Part shown: in pieces, positions 10,500 through 22,957 of the stretch | Numbering within the stretch: the stretch's first letter is position 1 | How the letters are laid out: every line of letters starts with the position of its first letter | Assembly (NCBI GenBank): GCA_013239625.1 | Contig: MU057102.1 | Coordinates: forward strand, 3,801,782 to 3,865,781 | Direction of reading: 5' to 3' | Length of the DNA: 64,000 nt | Origin: Lama guanicoe | Lineage: Eukaryota | Translations under genes and position numbers: made by a program | The notes under the pieces: generated by a model | The model's database searches: none | Seen by the model: the letters and a program-made list of their open reading frames with translations, nothing else | What the model was told of the DNA's origin: nothing

Positions 10500-12240
10500 G
10501 TCCTGTAGGAGAACAGTCACAGAGCAATTGGCCCCAAATCCGAGGCGGGACGGAGGCTCGGGGTCTGGGCCCTCTGGTGCTCAGGGTACGAGTCGGAGAG
10601 GAAGCCTGGCTGCTTGGAAGGGCGCGGGTCTGTCTCCCAGTGAACAGACGGAGCAGTCTTCCCATGAGGCTCAGAGCTCTGGCAGGAAACATGGAATCAC
10701 TGGTCCGTGCGTTACGATGCAGATGAGGAGGGTAGGCGAGAGGCAGTCGCAGTAGAGGGGAGGGAAGTAGATGAGAGGCTTGGGTGAGGAGAGGGCTGCA
10801 ACCCTGGGATAGGTTAGTTGCTGACACTCACACTGGGACAGACACCCATCAGACAGTCTCAGCTGGCCTGGCACATGTCCTTGGAGCCTCAGGAGGAGCC
10901 CAGACAGAAGAAGCACCAAGGAAACAGTCGCTGAGAATTTCCCCCAATTAAGACAGGCTTGAACCTCAGAAGGTCAGAGGTCACTCAGCAGGATTAAAAC
11001 AAAGTAAACCCAGAAAACCTGCTTAGGCCACCATGTTCAAAGCACAGAGAATCTCAAAGGTGGTCGGGGAGAGGATGCGGATCCTGGTAGATGACAGCAG
11101 GGTTCTGGTGAGAAATCCAGGGCCGCAGTAAGGTCTCCATGCCATGACTAGCACATCAGCGGAGGGCGGAGGAGAGCGCACAGGATGCTCAGGTGGCTCG
11201 GAGGTCAGGAAGAGCCACGTTGTCACCTTCACACCAGTCTCCCTGCCCAGTGTGGGCTCAGCGCCGCCCCAGGGCAGGTCGTTGTAGGGGTGGAGACAGG
11301 ACCAGCCGCCCGCAGGACTGCATGACAGGAATGGGAGGTTGTGTGCAGACCCAGTGACTCAACCCACGGGTCGGGGTCGGGGTCAGGCTCGGCACCGCCC
11401 AGGCTGCTGTCGAGGTGTGGCTAGGTCACCTTCTTGTCTGAACTGGGGCTCAGAAAGCTGCTCCTCCTTTGTTGTGGAACTTGCTCCCAGGCTCACTCAG
11501 TCTGCTGGTGGAGTTGCTTTGCTGTGGGTGTAGGTCCTGGCTTCTTGCTGACCATCGGCAGGAGACTGCAAGTTTCCTGCCGCATGGCCGCTGGGAGAGC
11601 ACACGGGTGGCTGTTGACAGCCAGTCAGGCTCTACCCGTCCCAAGGAGACGGGGTTTAGGAGGGGAGGAGCCCCGGAGGCAGGAGATAGGCACCTGCGGG
11701 GGCACGAAGAGGTGCCATGGAAACCCCTGAGAGAACGGGGGTGGTGGCACAGCCCAGAGCCAGCGGGGTGAGGGGGAACGATGGTGATGACAGCCCCGGC
11801 GGCCCACTCCTCTGGTCAGCGGAGCAGGTCTGCAGATGCGCTCAGCCGCAGAGCAGCCCGCCCACAGCTCCTCCCAGTGCACACGGGACTCCCCGAAGGG
11901 TCCTGTTACGGCCATTGCACTGCAGCAGAGGCGGAAGAATAGAAATCGGACAGAATATGTTCTTAGGTCTGGATAGAGTTAACCTGAAAAGCGGTGACAG
12001 AAAGGTGGCTGGAAAACCTCTGAAGGTTTCAGAGTAAAACAGTTGACTCCGTAGCCCAGGAGTCCGAGAGGAAGTCTCAAAGGAAACCTAGAGATACTCT
12101 AAGAATATGTTACAAAGGTATTTCGAATCAAATGAAGTTACAGTGTCAAATTCGTGAGTTGAAACTAGAACACTGCTTCCAGGAAAGTTTGCAACACTAA
12201 ATACTTAAATGTGTTTGCAGAAAGACTGGATGTGCTCAGT
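10500..12240 (+). mobile_element. Highly decayed, fragmented L1 remnants
   Basis: Purine-rich tracts resembling L1 ORF1 (GCTGAGAATTTCCCCCAATT) and ORF2 (11900-12240); edges approximate. Confidence 0.45.
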
Positions 12241-12329
12241 GAGGCTCCAGAGACACGGAGCACACGTGTGACGTGGTGGGCGGGCCGGGCACAGAGCCTG
12301 TATGTGGCGCTCACGCCTCCCGCTCGCAG

Positions 12330-12524
12330 GTACATCGAGTACATGTGTGACATGGTGGCAGAGGAGCCCATCACGCCCCACAGCAAGCCCCTCCTGGTGA
12401 AGGCCGTGGTCATGACGCCCGTGCCACTGTTCAGCAAGCAGAGGAGCGGCTGCAGGCCCTTCTGCGAGGTCTACGTCGGGGACGAGCGCGTGGCCACCAC
12501 GTCCCAGGAGTACGACCGCATGAG
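12330..12524 (+). CDS. GAK: GAK exon, start of tensin-type C2 domain (YIEYMCDMVAEEP...QEYDRM)
   Basis: cgcag|G ... AG|gtgggc; 195 nt. Confidence 0.95.
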
Positions 12525-12791
12525 GTGGGCCCAGGCCCAGGCCTTCTCCCCACGACCCTGTTCCTCCAGGCGGCTGCATGGGTTTGCGGGGCTGTCCTCC
12601 AGGTCATCATGCTGAGTGGCTCCTTGGAAGTCGTTTCTTGCCCACCCCTGACATAGTCAGGCGGTAGAGCCTGCCAGGCAGGGAGAAACTGACGCTCTGG
12701 GGTCTCGGGGGTCCTGCCACGCATGCCGCTTTTGGACAGAAGGTTGAGCTTCTTACCTGAGCAAACCGCCTCTCTGGGCTCTTTTCTCCAG

Positions 12792-12909
12792 GGATTTTAA
12801 AATCGAGGACGGCAAAGCGGTCATTCCCCTGGGCACGACAGTCCAAGGGGACGTGCTCATTGTCCTCTACCATGCGAGGTCCACCCTGGGAGGACGACTG
12901 CAGGCCAAG
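12792..12909 (+). CDS. GAK: GAK exon, C2 domain (DFKIEDGKAVIPLG...RLQAK)
   Basis: ctccag|G ... AAG|gtgagt; 118 nt. Confidence 0.95.
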
Positions 12910-13144
12910 GTGAGTGGACGCTCCGGTTTGGCCACTGCCCCTTTGAGTCCCCGCCTCCTGCCGCCCAAGGCACAGGGGATTCAGCACGAAACTGCCGTCG
13001 GTGTCGGGCTGCTGGACCGTGGCCCTGGGGCTGCCCCTCCTCAGACCCAAGAAGCTGCTTGTGTCAAGGGCCTTCAGGGCTGGTGAACAGTGAGGGGCCA
13101 GGTCTCCTTCCCCAGCTCAGGCTCCTGTTGCTTTCTCTCCGCAG

Positions 13145-13224
13145 ATGGCGTCCATGAAGATGTTCCAGATCCAGTTCCACACGGGGTTCGTGCCCCGGAA
13201 CGCAACTACTGTGAAATTCGCCAA
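13145..13224 (+). CDS. GAK: GAK exon, C2 domain (MASMKMFQIQFHTGFVPRNATTVKFA)
   Basis: ccgcag|ATG ... AA|gtatgt; 80 nt. Confidence 0.95.
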
Positions 13225-16200
13225 GTATGTTGGTGTCACACCGTGGGAGGGGGACAGGAGGGGTCAGGGTGTGTGGTGTGCATACAGGTGCAGCGTGGTT
13301 GACACTGCTGGGGCCCTGGGAAGGCTGAACTCTGACCCCCAGAGTTCTGGAAGGAGTTATACAGGGGCAGCGCCAGGCTGGGGCCTGCATGCAGTGAAGG
13401 CTCAGGAGGAGAGGGTGGTGCCAGGAGACTGAGGGGTGTGTCTCATGTTTCTTTGTGCTGTTACTCTGTTACATGTTACCACGCTCTTACCTTTTAGTGG
13501 TTTTTTTTTTTCACATTGGCACGTCACACTTTGTTTTAAGTACCAATATGACAGAGACAAGAAGTGTGACGCCTCACCAGTGTCTTTGTTTTCCTTCCCC
13601 TGGGGGAAGATGGGCCCCAGAGCTTCGGCAGTTCCCAGGTGACGGGCAGCCACGAGGGAAACTAGGCAGGGGGCCGCGGCTGAACTGGACACTGGTTAGG
13701 AGGCAGGCTTCTGATGAGCAATGAGTGTGGCCAGCGAAGTGGAAAGGGGGATTCCACTGGAGACCTGGAATGTGTGAAAAGGAGGCAGCTGTGAATCTAG
13801 CACTGAGAAATGGTTCATCTGGGGTCCAGAACTCAGGCGGCGTCTGGAGCAGCGTGGATACCAGGGCGTAGCAGCAGAGGCTTGGAAGCCAAGGCAGTGC
13901 TGGGAGGCAAGCCCGGGAGGGCTCCCAGGAGGTGCCGGGGGCCATGGACAGGTCCAGCCTGCTTTTATTCAGAGTCCAGGGAGAAGAGATACAGCAAAAG
14001 CAGCGTGACCGAAGATTTTATTTAACTGATGAAAGACATCGAAGCACAGAGCCCAAAGCTCCGTGAACAGCATACGGGAGTTTTATAAACGAAGAAAGGA
14101 AATGCCTCCCAAGCATGCGGGGTTGAATCGCTGAAAACCAGAGAGGCCGCTTCATAGTGCCCTGCGGGGGGGTGGGGGGCCTTCCCCTGAGGCGGGGGAG
14201 CCGGAGTCCCAGTGACGTCTTCCAGAAGCGCGGGAGGAGAACTTTGCCAGCTTAGAAGTGTCTCCCCTGAAATGGTTCTTCAGAAACAGAGGTCAGTCAG
14301 AGCTGTTTTCAGACAGATGAAAGATGCTGGCAGCACGTGAATCAGGTGGACATGAGCCCGTGTCCAGGGCTGGGAAGAATTACAGGCTGAGGAGAGAGCG
14401 AGCCTGATGAGAGCGGCAGAAGGCCCCTGGCGCAGAGTCTGGGTGGATGGGAGGGCCGGGGCAGCCACGGGAGCTCGGGGTTCTTTTCTCCGGTGCCGAG
14501 AGCCAGCTTTCACACTGTGGTGTCCCCGCCACGGCCATGCTGCCACACTGGGGCCCGTCGCTTCCACTCGGGCCTCAGCGTGAGGAGTGGCTGCCTCTGG
14601 GGTGCAGCCCAGACACGGGGCCCTTCTCGGGGTCTGGAAAGAGACCGTGTTTTCATCTGAACGGACGGGTGCCTGGAGTGTGAGCTTGCTGAGGTGCACT
14701 CGTGGGCTTGTCCCTCACCACGCCTGTCACGCCTGCAAAAATTGATAAAATGGCTAAAAAGAAAGCCTGACGCAGGAAAGGGGGTGCTCCGCAGGCAGCT
14801 GAAGGAGGACAGTCTGAGAGGAGACTTAGGCCGACGCAGTGTCCACCGGGGCGGCTACTCCGAGCTGGTGTGAGTGGGCACACCGGCTATCCTGTCCCAG
14901 CAGGAGCCCCTCAGGGCCTGTCCAGCCTCTGAGGTGCAGGCCCCTCAGGGGCGGTGGGGGCTGCCCCTCTGTTCACAGACCGCATTGTTTCCTCACTGCC
15001 AGCTGGGCGGGTGGGCCTGGCCTGGGGGCCATCTCTTTGTGGGGGGAGCAGGGGCGGGGGTGGGCGGGCCCCTGCCTGGTGCCTGCAGTGCCTGGAGTCG
15101 CCCGCTACTCCGTGTTGATGGGCCCCTCCCCGGGCCCTCACTGGACACTGGACCCTCTGCCAGCCTAGCTGCCGCCCTTCCACCTGCTGCCCCTGCTGTG
15201 TCGGCATCTTGCTGTGTGTGCCTGGCCTGGTCAGAAGCAGGCCTCCGGCCAGGAGCAAGAGGACAGGGGGGCACCCGCCCTCGCCAAGACCCCGTGGTTC
15301 CTCTCCTTGCGCAGAGGTGGCCGTGCCCGTGACTGCGGTGGGACGTCACGTGTTAAGATCACACGTGCTCACACGTCCCACCTTGTGAGTCCGGGGACGT
15401 GAGGACGCCTGCCGTGGCCTCACCCGCCAGCCAGACCATGGGTGCAGCCCCGCCTTCCCCCGGGGGCCGCACAGAGGACAGCAGGGCCCCTCTGACACTT
15501 CAGACCCTCCAGAGCCTGTTGTCCCTCTTTTGTGTGTCTTTTTCTGTTGCTTTGTTGTTTTTATACACACAGAACAGTAAGTTGTGCACGTAGACTTAAG
15601 CGGCTTAAAATAAGCAGAAGGGATCCCACTGCCCTGCTGAGGAGCTGGGCTTCGTTTACAGGGCTTGTGACAGTGTCACCAGAGGTGACCTTAGGGAATA
15701 CGTGAAAGACCTTCGAGTTCCCTAGTGGGACACAGAGCCACAGAATGAGGACAGTTCAGTGAGACAGCAGCCGAAGTGGCCACTGCCAGGCCACCTGGGC
15801 GTCCCTCCCCACCTGTGCCCGGCCCCAGGTCGTTGCCCCAGGAGAGCCTTCGGACCCACCCCCCAGGGCCGGGGCTGCCCTGCGACCCACAGAGCACCCC
15901 GGCCACGCTGCCCTTGGAGTCGCACTTGCCGTGCGGCAGGCTGAGTCCAAAGGGCGTGGTTTGTGGGCTTCTGTTAGTAGCTGGAGGTCTTGCTGAAGCG
16001 GATGGCACCGTTTTTATGGGAACGTGCATTTAAGTTCCCAGAGAGCCTGATTTGAACCACAGGACCTGAGGGGTGAGGAGTGAGGGCTCCCCTGACAGAG
16101 GGGCTGGGGGTCCAGTGTGGACGGGCCCTGCAGCGCACAGATCCCCGCAGGCCCCTCCGACCCTCTGCCTGGTGGCAGCTTGAACGTCCAGAGCATGAGG

Positions 16201-16305
16201 TGCAGAGCGCATGGCCCCATTCCCACACTCGTTCCCTGGTGAGTGTTGGGGTGACCTCTTAAGTGCCCATGGTCCTTCCTAACCGTGCCTGGGCTCCCAC
16301 TGCAG

Positions 16306-16499
16306 GTACGACCTAGATGCTTGTGACATTCAGGAGAAGTACCCGGACTTGTTCCAAGTGAACCTGGAGGTGGAGGTGGAGCCTAGAGACAGGCCCAGCC
16401 GGGAGGCCCCCCCCTGGGAGAGTGCAAACATGCGGGGGCTGAACCCCAAAATCCTATTTTCCAGCCGGGAGGAGCAGCAAGACATTCTGTCCAAGTTTG
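16306..16499 (+). CDS. GAK: GAK exon, end of C2 domain (YDLDACDIQEKYPDLF...ILSKF)
   Basis: ctgcag|G ... G|gtaaga; 194 nt. Confidence 0.95.
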
Positions 16500-16937
16500 G
16501 TAAGATCCTTGTTTTGCAGGCGCTCTCACAGGGCACAGATTGTTCTTGAAGTCTTCTCGCGAGGCCGCAGTCCCGGCCAGGGGGTCATCGTGGGCCGGAG
16601 CCAGTTATAACCCGGGAGGGTCAGGTTGGAGTTGCTTGCTGATTCAGAGGGTTCATTTCTGGACCTGCATCCACTTTAAACGTGACCTGGAGGAGGGGAG
16701 GCATCAATTGGGCCCATCTGAACACAGCAGTGCCGCCACACAGCGGAGGTCGTTCCTGTGACCCCCCCCCCAAGCTGGGAAGTCTCATCCTATTTCAGAC
16801 CGTTTACCAAAAATCAGCGTGAAAAGCGTGTGGGTGGGTCGGACCTGGGACTTCATTTGGCCTGTCGCGTTCTCTTCGTGTTCTTGGTTTGCTTTTTTGT
16901 CTGTTTTTTTATGTGAGGGCAGCTTAGTGTCCCTGAA

Positions 16938-16939
<2 letters not shown>

Positions 16940-16973
<34 letters not shown>
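16940..16973. repeat. (GT)17 microsatellite
   Basis: Direct reading. Confidence 0.95.
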
Positions 16974-16975
<2 letters not shown>

Positions 16976-17145
16976 ATCCACGTCAGGGCACGTGGCCCAG
17001 CGCTGAGATCCATGCTCAGGTGGGCTCCATGGTTGCTGTGCAGGTTTCTGGCGGTCTGGGAGCGCTTTGGCTCTGGACCACGGCCCTGGAGCCCCGTGCT
17101 GGCTGCTGCCTGGGCCAGGCGGCCTGACACCCCCTCTCCCTGCAG

Positions 17146-17289
17146 GGAAGCCGGAGCTGCCCAGGCAGCCCGGCTCTGCCGCACAGTATGACGCCGAGGG
17201 GCCTCCTGATGCCGAGGCCCCGGGGTCAGAGTCTCCGCACAGCAGCAGCACGGACACCAACCACTTCCTGCACACGCTGGACTGGCGGG
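17146..17289 (+). CDS. GAK: GAK exon, disordered linker (KPELPRQPGS...FLHTLDWR)
   Basis: ctgcag|GG ... G|gtaggc; 144 nt, phase 1-1. Confidence 0.9.
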
Positions 17290-17393
17290 GTAGGCTAGGG
17301 CGTTCGGGGGGCGTCTGCTGCCCGTGTGCTGCGTGGCCCCCCGTCGGCCCCTCACTGTGAGTTGCAGCCACGCTGTTGTGGTCTTCTTTTCAG

Positions 17394-17810
17394 AGGACAA
17401 AGACTGTGTGATGAGCCCGGAAGGTCGTCTCGCCAGGGAGGGGCCATCCGTCGTGACTGAGGATGGACGTGAGAGCGAGCCATCCGATGAGGAAGCCACC
17501 ACGCTCTCGCCCGAGAGTGGGGACACAGCCGACGAGGACACAGCCGGCCCAGCCACCCTGCCGGACGACAGTGTGGACCTCCTGGGGCTGCACTCTGAGA
17601 CAGGGCCGGCGCCCCCCATGCAGGCCCGCGGGGGCCCCCCCAGCAATGCGGACCTGCTTAGCTGCCTCCTGGGGGCCCCAGCAGCTGCTCTGGATGGCGC
17701 CCCAGGCGGGCTGCTCGACGGGGACCCACCTCTGCTCCTCACCAGCTCAGCCCCTCCCCCAAGCACAGGGACCACGCAGACCACCGCTCCCGAGGGGCCT
17801 GGCCCAGCCG
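17394..17810 (+). CDS. GAK: GAK exon, clathrin-binding linker (EDKDCVMSPE...DLLGL...DLLSC...GPA)
   Basis: ttttcag|AG ... G|gtaggt; 417 nt, phase 1-1; DLL motifs. Confidence 0.9.
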
Positions 17811-18043
17811 GTAGGTGCTGCTGGGGGTCGTGGACCAGGAGGTCCCAGTGATTGCAGCTTACGGGGACCATGAGCTGTCGCGATCCCCCAGAGGAGCCCC
17901 TGAGGGTTGGGGTCAGCACTTCGCCCCAACTGCTCGGGGCTGCGGTTGCCATGGGAGGGCCCTCCTGGAGTGGGCGCCCTGGGCTGGGGGCCTGCCTTGT
18001 GAGGCCTGTGCTCAGCCCACCTGGTTCTTGGTGCCTTCCACAG

Positions 18044-18217
18044 CTGATCCCTTTGACCCTCTTCTGCTGGCCTCTGACCTGGAAGCCCAGCCCCACCCCA
18101 AGCCTGACCTCTTTGGCGAATTTCTTAATTCGGACTCCACAGCTGCCCTGCCCACATCCTTCCCCTGCACCCACAGCGCCCCGCCCCCTGCCTGTAGCTC
18201 CGACTTCTTGCATCTGG
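18044..18217 (+). CDS. GAK: GAK exon (ADPFDPLL...DLFGEFLN...FLHL)
   Basis: ccacag|CT ... G|gtaagt; 174 nt; DPF and FGEF adaptor-binding motifs. Confidence 0.92.
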
Positions 18218-18421
18218 GTAAGTCCAGCCTCCACACTCAGGCCTGGTGGCCAGGCTGTGGGCCGGGGAGGTGGGCAGCACGGCCACCTAGGCCTACCGGG
18301 CACGGCTCCAGGTCCTCCTGTCCCCAGGAAGAGGGTACAGCCAGTGCACGCTCCATACCCTCTGCTGGATTTCAGCAGAGGTGTGAAGGCAGGTTCTAGG
18401 GGCGCCCATGCGTGGCGGTGA

Positions 18422-18441
18422 GTGTGTGTGTGTGTGTGTGT
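18422..18441. repeat. (GT)10 microsatellite
   Basis: Direct reading. Confidence 0.9.
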
Positions 18442-18817
18442 GGCCCGCCACGGTGGGATGGGGCGCTCCGAAGACCCTTTCAGATGAGGAACCTCAGACA
18501 CTAGTCTCAGCATGGCCCTGGGGCTTCTCCGTTTGCTGACCCCTACGTCCACTTGGTCAGTTCAGTGACCATGTGATGCGTCCTCAGCCCGTGAGAAGGG
18601 AGGCCCTGAGATGTGTGAGCACAACCTGCCTGGGGCCTCACTGGGCCAGGAACACCTCGGGGACCACCTGCCTGGTGAGCTCAGGGCCTGGCCTCCAGAA
18701 GAGGCTCCAGCAGGTGGGGCTTGTGGCCAGCCTATCCCCCCCAGGCGCCCAGGAGGCATGTGAAGGCCTCGTGGCCAACCCCGCCAAGGACACCCATGTA
18801 GTGCTGCTACCTTCCAG

Positions 18818-18934
18818 GGGATCTGCCAGCAGAGCCCAGCAGGACGACGGCCTCTGCCCCCCACCCGGACCTGCTGGGAGGGTGGGATGCCTGGGCCGAG
18901 GCTCCGGTCCCCACACCCGCGCCGGCTGCAGAAG
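18818..18934 (+). CDS. GAK: GAK exon (DLPAEPS...DLLGGWDAWAE...AAE)
   Basis: ttccag|GG ... G|gtacga; 117 nt; translated by hand. Confidence 0.9.
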
Positions 18935-19397
18935 GTACGACTGGCGTCACCGCAGCCCTCCCCCAGGAGAGCAGGGAGGGGCGCGGTCGTCCCAGGCCCT
19001 CCACGCGGCCCCTGTGCCCGTCCCACTCTCCACGTCTGCCCTGCTTTCTGTGCAGCCTCATCTGGTCCTGTTGGCACGTTTCTGAGCTACTGTCAGAGGC
19101 AGTCGCGTTTACAAGGCCTGTGACACGTGTTCCTGCCTGGGTATCATCTGTTAACGGGATGATGACTTCAAAGATGCTATTTTGCCAATTCGATAGGCGC
19201 GGTTCTTTCAGATTTGCTTTTTTTTTTTTCATTACGAATGAGATGGTCTGTTGTTTTGTACGTTTTGGGTTACTTTATGTTTTTTTGAAAACTATTTTTT
19301 GTTTTTTAGTCATTTTTTTCCATAGGAAGTTCATCTTTTTCCTATTAATTTGTGAGAGCTCTTTGCACGTGAGTGGCCGTCGCTTATACTGACCTTA

Positions 19398-19708
19398 CAG
19401 TTGACTCTTGAACAACGTGGGGTCAGGGGTGCTGACCCCCACACAGTCGAAAATCCACACCCTGCTTTCTCTGCCCCCGAATAAAAGAGTTGGTGACTGG
19501 CTGTCCCACGGGCGGGCAGCTGCACGGTCTGGACAGCACCAGAAGCAGAGCCCAAGTCTGCTGATCCCGCGTGTTGAGAGCTCTAATCAGACACGAGCTG
19601 TCCCCCGTGCAGTTAACGCGAAGGCTGTAAACTAGGCACTGTGGAGGTGCTGTGGTTACTGAAAAGAGCCCGCCTGAGGGTGGGCCCAGCCTTGTTCAGG
19701 GCTGGCTG
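19398..19708. mobile_element. Tigger2a-like MITE (TcMar-Tigger)
   Basis: ta|CAGTTGACTCTTGAACAAC...GACCCCCACACAGTCGAAAATCC; degenerate inverted end TTGTTCAGGGCTGGCTG. Confidence 0.75.
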
Positions 19709-19984
19709 TGCTGTTCCCGCAGGTGGCAGTCCAGTGACTGGCTTGGCTGTGTCAGTCTTTTGTACTCAGAATCGTGACCGCACTGCGGGAGACTCCAGGG
19801 GGCGCTGCAGACCCAGGACGGCCGGTGTGGATCGCCAGGTCCTCCCCTTGGCCACCTGGGCTCGGGCTGTCCATGTGGCCGTGTCCTGAGCGTATGCTGC
19901 CGCCATGGAGCGAGGCCTTCAGGAGCGGGAGGCAGCACAGAGGCTGCCTCCACTCCAGCGGTCCTGATGCCTTGTCTCCTCCAG

Positions 19985-20101
19985 GCCCCTTCTTCTCTTC
20001 TGGAGCCCAGTCGGCCCCTCCGGGCCCCCCAGCCAGCCTGACCAAGTCTCAGAGCCAGGACCCGTTTGCTGACCTCGGTGACCTCAGTTCCGGCCTCCAA
20101 G
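19985..20101 (+). CDS. GAK: GAK exon (PFFSSGAQ...DPFADLGDLSSGLQ)
   Basis: ctccag|GC ... G|gtaccc; 117 nt. Confidence 0.9.
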
Positions 20102-20929
20102 GTACCCTGTGGGCCGTGTCGAGCAGGAGGAGGGTGCTGGGGCTCTCGCAGGGGGTTGGGTCTGTCTGCCCTCCCAGGGCGGACCTCCCCCGTTCACTGA
20201 GGCCCAGTGCAGTGATCCCAGAAGAGGCCCGTCTGCCTTGTCCCCGAAGCTTGTTACCGAGATGACACCAGGAGTTGTCAAAACCGGCGGGAGGCCTGGC
20301 CCTCCGTGGGCATCACCGTGAGCGGGGCCACCCGGGAGCGGCCTCCGCACTCCTGTGCGGAGTAGCCCTGCCCTGCCCTGCCCTGCCCTGCCCCGGGGGC
20401 GGGCAGGACCCGCTCGGCAGCTTTCCCCTCCGGGAGGACACATCAGGACGTTAACTGTTCAGAGACCATGAACATCTGCGTGTCCCACGTGCCTGGCTGG
20501 TTGGGTGGCGTGTGGAATTTGAGGTGGACTTAGCATCTCTCCAGAATGCTTGTTGTCCAGGAACAGTCCTTTTTATTTAACAGTTTCCTGGTGTTTCAGG
20601 TTGTGGTGTCTCCCTGAGGGCATTCCTGGAAGTCTGGGTTTGTCCTTGGCTTCCTGCCTCTGTCTTGGGCTGTTTGAGTGCAGGGTGGGGCCACCCTGAG
20701 CCTCCTGGGTGCAGCCTGTGGAGCAAGGGGCTTCTTGGGGTCTGGGGCACCCGTTCTCAGGATGGAGCCCAGCCCTCAGCTCTGCACTGAGACCCAAGAC
20801 CTCTATCTCACCGGCGGAGAGTGGGGTCCTGCACGAAGCTGCTGGAACCAAGGGGAGAAACATGCAAACTCGGGTTCTAGGTGGAGCCCTCAGCATTCCT
20901 CTGCCAGCAAAGCCACCAGACAGTGAGTC

Positions 20930-22560
20930 AGTGAAGCTGTGGGAGCCAAGAGCCAGCAGGACTGTGGACTCTCAGAGGACACTGCCCAATGGCAGCAGGA
21001 CACATCCTGCACCCACCAGCCACCAAGAAATGTCACGTCCTGGGCCATGAACAGTCCCAGCAAGTGTGCAGGAGCTGAAGCCGTGCACACCGTGTCGCTC
21101 TGTCTGGAGTCAAGCTCAGAGGCAGTAGCAGCAAGACAACCGAAAGCTGTTCAGACTGTTAGGGGCTGAACAACACGCTTCTGAGAGCACAGCGGTGACT
21201 TAGAAGCCTCAAGGGAAGTGACACAGCGCGTCGCACAGACGGAAACTGAAAACATGGCGCATCAAAACGGGGGACACGTGGCGTTCAGTGTGCATTTGGG
21301 AAATGTTGTGCGTTCTCACCTGAAGGTGTTTGGAAAGGAAAGGAAGTAAACTCAGAGCAAGCAGAGGGAAGGTGGTGATAAAGAGCCCACGTCAACGAGG
21401 TAGGAAATGTGAACTAGAGAAGACGGACTAAGCAAGAGCCGGGTCTCTGAGAGTATCCGTAACACTGGCAAATGTTTGCTAATATGCATGGAAGTGAGGA
21501 GGTTGGCACAACCTGCCCACAGACCCTGGAGACACGAAGGGACTCGGCCGCGCAGCCGCGGCGCCAGCCTGGGCGCAGGTGAGGTGGGCAGATTCTACAG
21601 CAGACGCCCCGCCGGGTGGGCGGGGCGAGTAGGCCTGTAGCCATGAGAAGATGAGCTCGAGCTCATCGGTAGACGCCTCCCGAAAAGGAAACCTTCAGTC
21701 CCGGGTGCTTCCATTGGAGAGTTCCACCAAGTGTTTAAAGGACTCATACCAACCTCACACACCCTTTTCCAGGAAACAGGAGGAGACGTTTTCCAGTTGG
21801 TTTCACGAGGCTGGTATTACTCTGAAACCAAAACCAGGCAGAGACGGTACAAGAGAAAACTTCAGTGTCCCTCACGAACATAGACACAAAAGTCGACAGC
21901 AAATCGGCCGCAAGGAGCATTCATCAGCATGGACAGAATCACACACCACAGTCAAGTGGGATTTGTTCCAGGAAGCAAGGCACATTCAGCATCCCAGAAC
22001 CAGTTAACAGAATCCACACAAGAACTGGCCAGAGTAGGGGCGTCGTGTGGTCACATCCGTGTGCAACACAGGCCGCGGACAGAGTTCAGCACCTAGGTGT
22101 CGGCGGACACCCCCCACAGACGAGTGGCGGGAGAGCTTAGGAGCAGTGCCTCCAGTGCCCTGCAGCCAGCCTCGCGCTTGGCTTTGGAAGACCGCGAGCT
22201 GCCTTGGTGCCAGCTGGAGAGGGACCAGGGGCACAGGCAGTGCTTCCGTGAACCGGGGGCCGTGGGAAATCCCGAGGGACCTGAAAGCATTTCAGAGCCC
22301 GGAGTGAGTTTAGGAGGGTCGCAGGGCGCATGGTCGACAGACACCAGGGAAATTCCTGTTTACCAGCAGCATGTGCGCAGGGAATCCAAGATTTAGAACA
22401 GCACCGTTTAGTCACGGAAGAAGGAGGAAAAAGAAGCACGTAACCTGTGACTCTCGCAGAGCGTGCGCAGGACTTGTGTCCTGGAGCCACAGAGCCAAAC
22501 ATGAGGAGCGGGTCAGGGAAGAAGGACCCTGGCGTGAACGGAGACGGAGGGGCTCATGGC
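20930..22560 (+). mobile_element. Ancient L1 ORF2 remnant (RT region), sense
   Basis: Translations FHEAGITLKPKP and SLTNIDTK...SIHQH resemble L1 RT FYEASITLIPKP / SLMNIDAKI; frameshifted. Confidence 0.75.
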
Positions 22561-22957
22561 CCAGAAGACCCCATGTGGGGAAGGCTCTCCTGCCGTGATC
22601 TGTGGGGTCCACACAGTCCCCACCAGACACCCCTGAGGGGGTTCCTGCAGACACAGGCGGGCTCATCGTGGGGCCGAGTCGAGAGTCGGGGACGAGGAGC
22701 GGGGAACAGGCTGGTGGGATGGAGTGACGTGGCCAGACTCTGTTAGGACTGTGTGGTGTCTGCGGAGGGACAGACACACAGCAAGTAGGGGGTGGTACCC
22801 ACCTGGCCCTGGCCGCTACGGACCGGCCAGCCATGGGGCCACCTTGACGTGCCCATCCTGGCAGCACACCTGAAACACTGGTATTGCGAGGGCGTGCTCT
22901 CCGTGCAGGCTGAGTACTGGGGCTGCCCCCGAAGTTCCCGTGTGACTGTCTCCCCAG

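Noticed and set aside
16924-18552. 542-aa minus-strand ORF
   Set aside because: Antisense to GC-rich GAK exons, runs through two GT microsatellites (THTH tracts) and has no recognisable domain; expected from stop-codon scarcity
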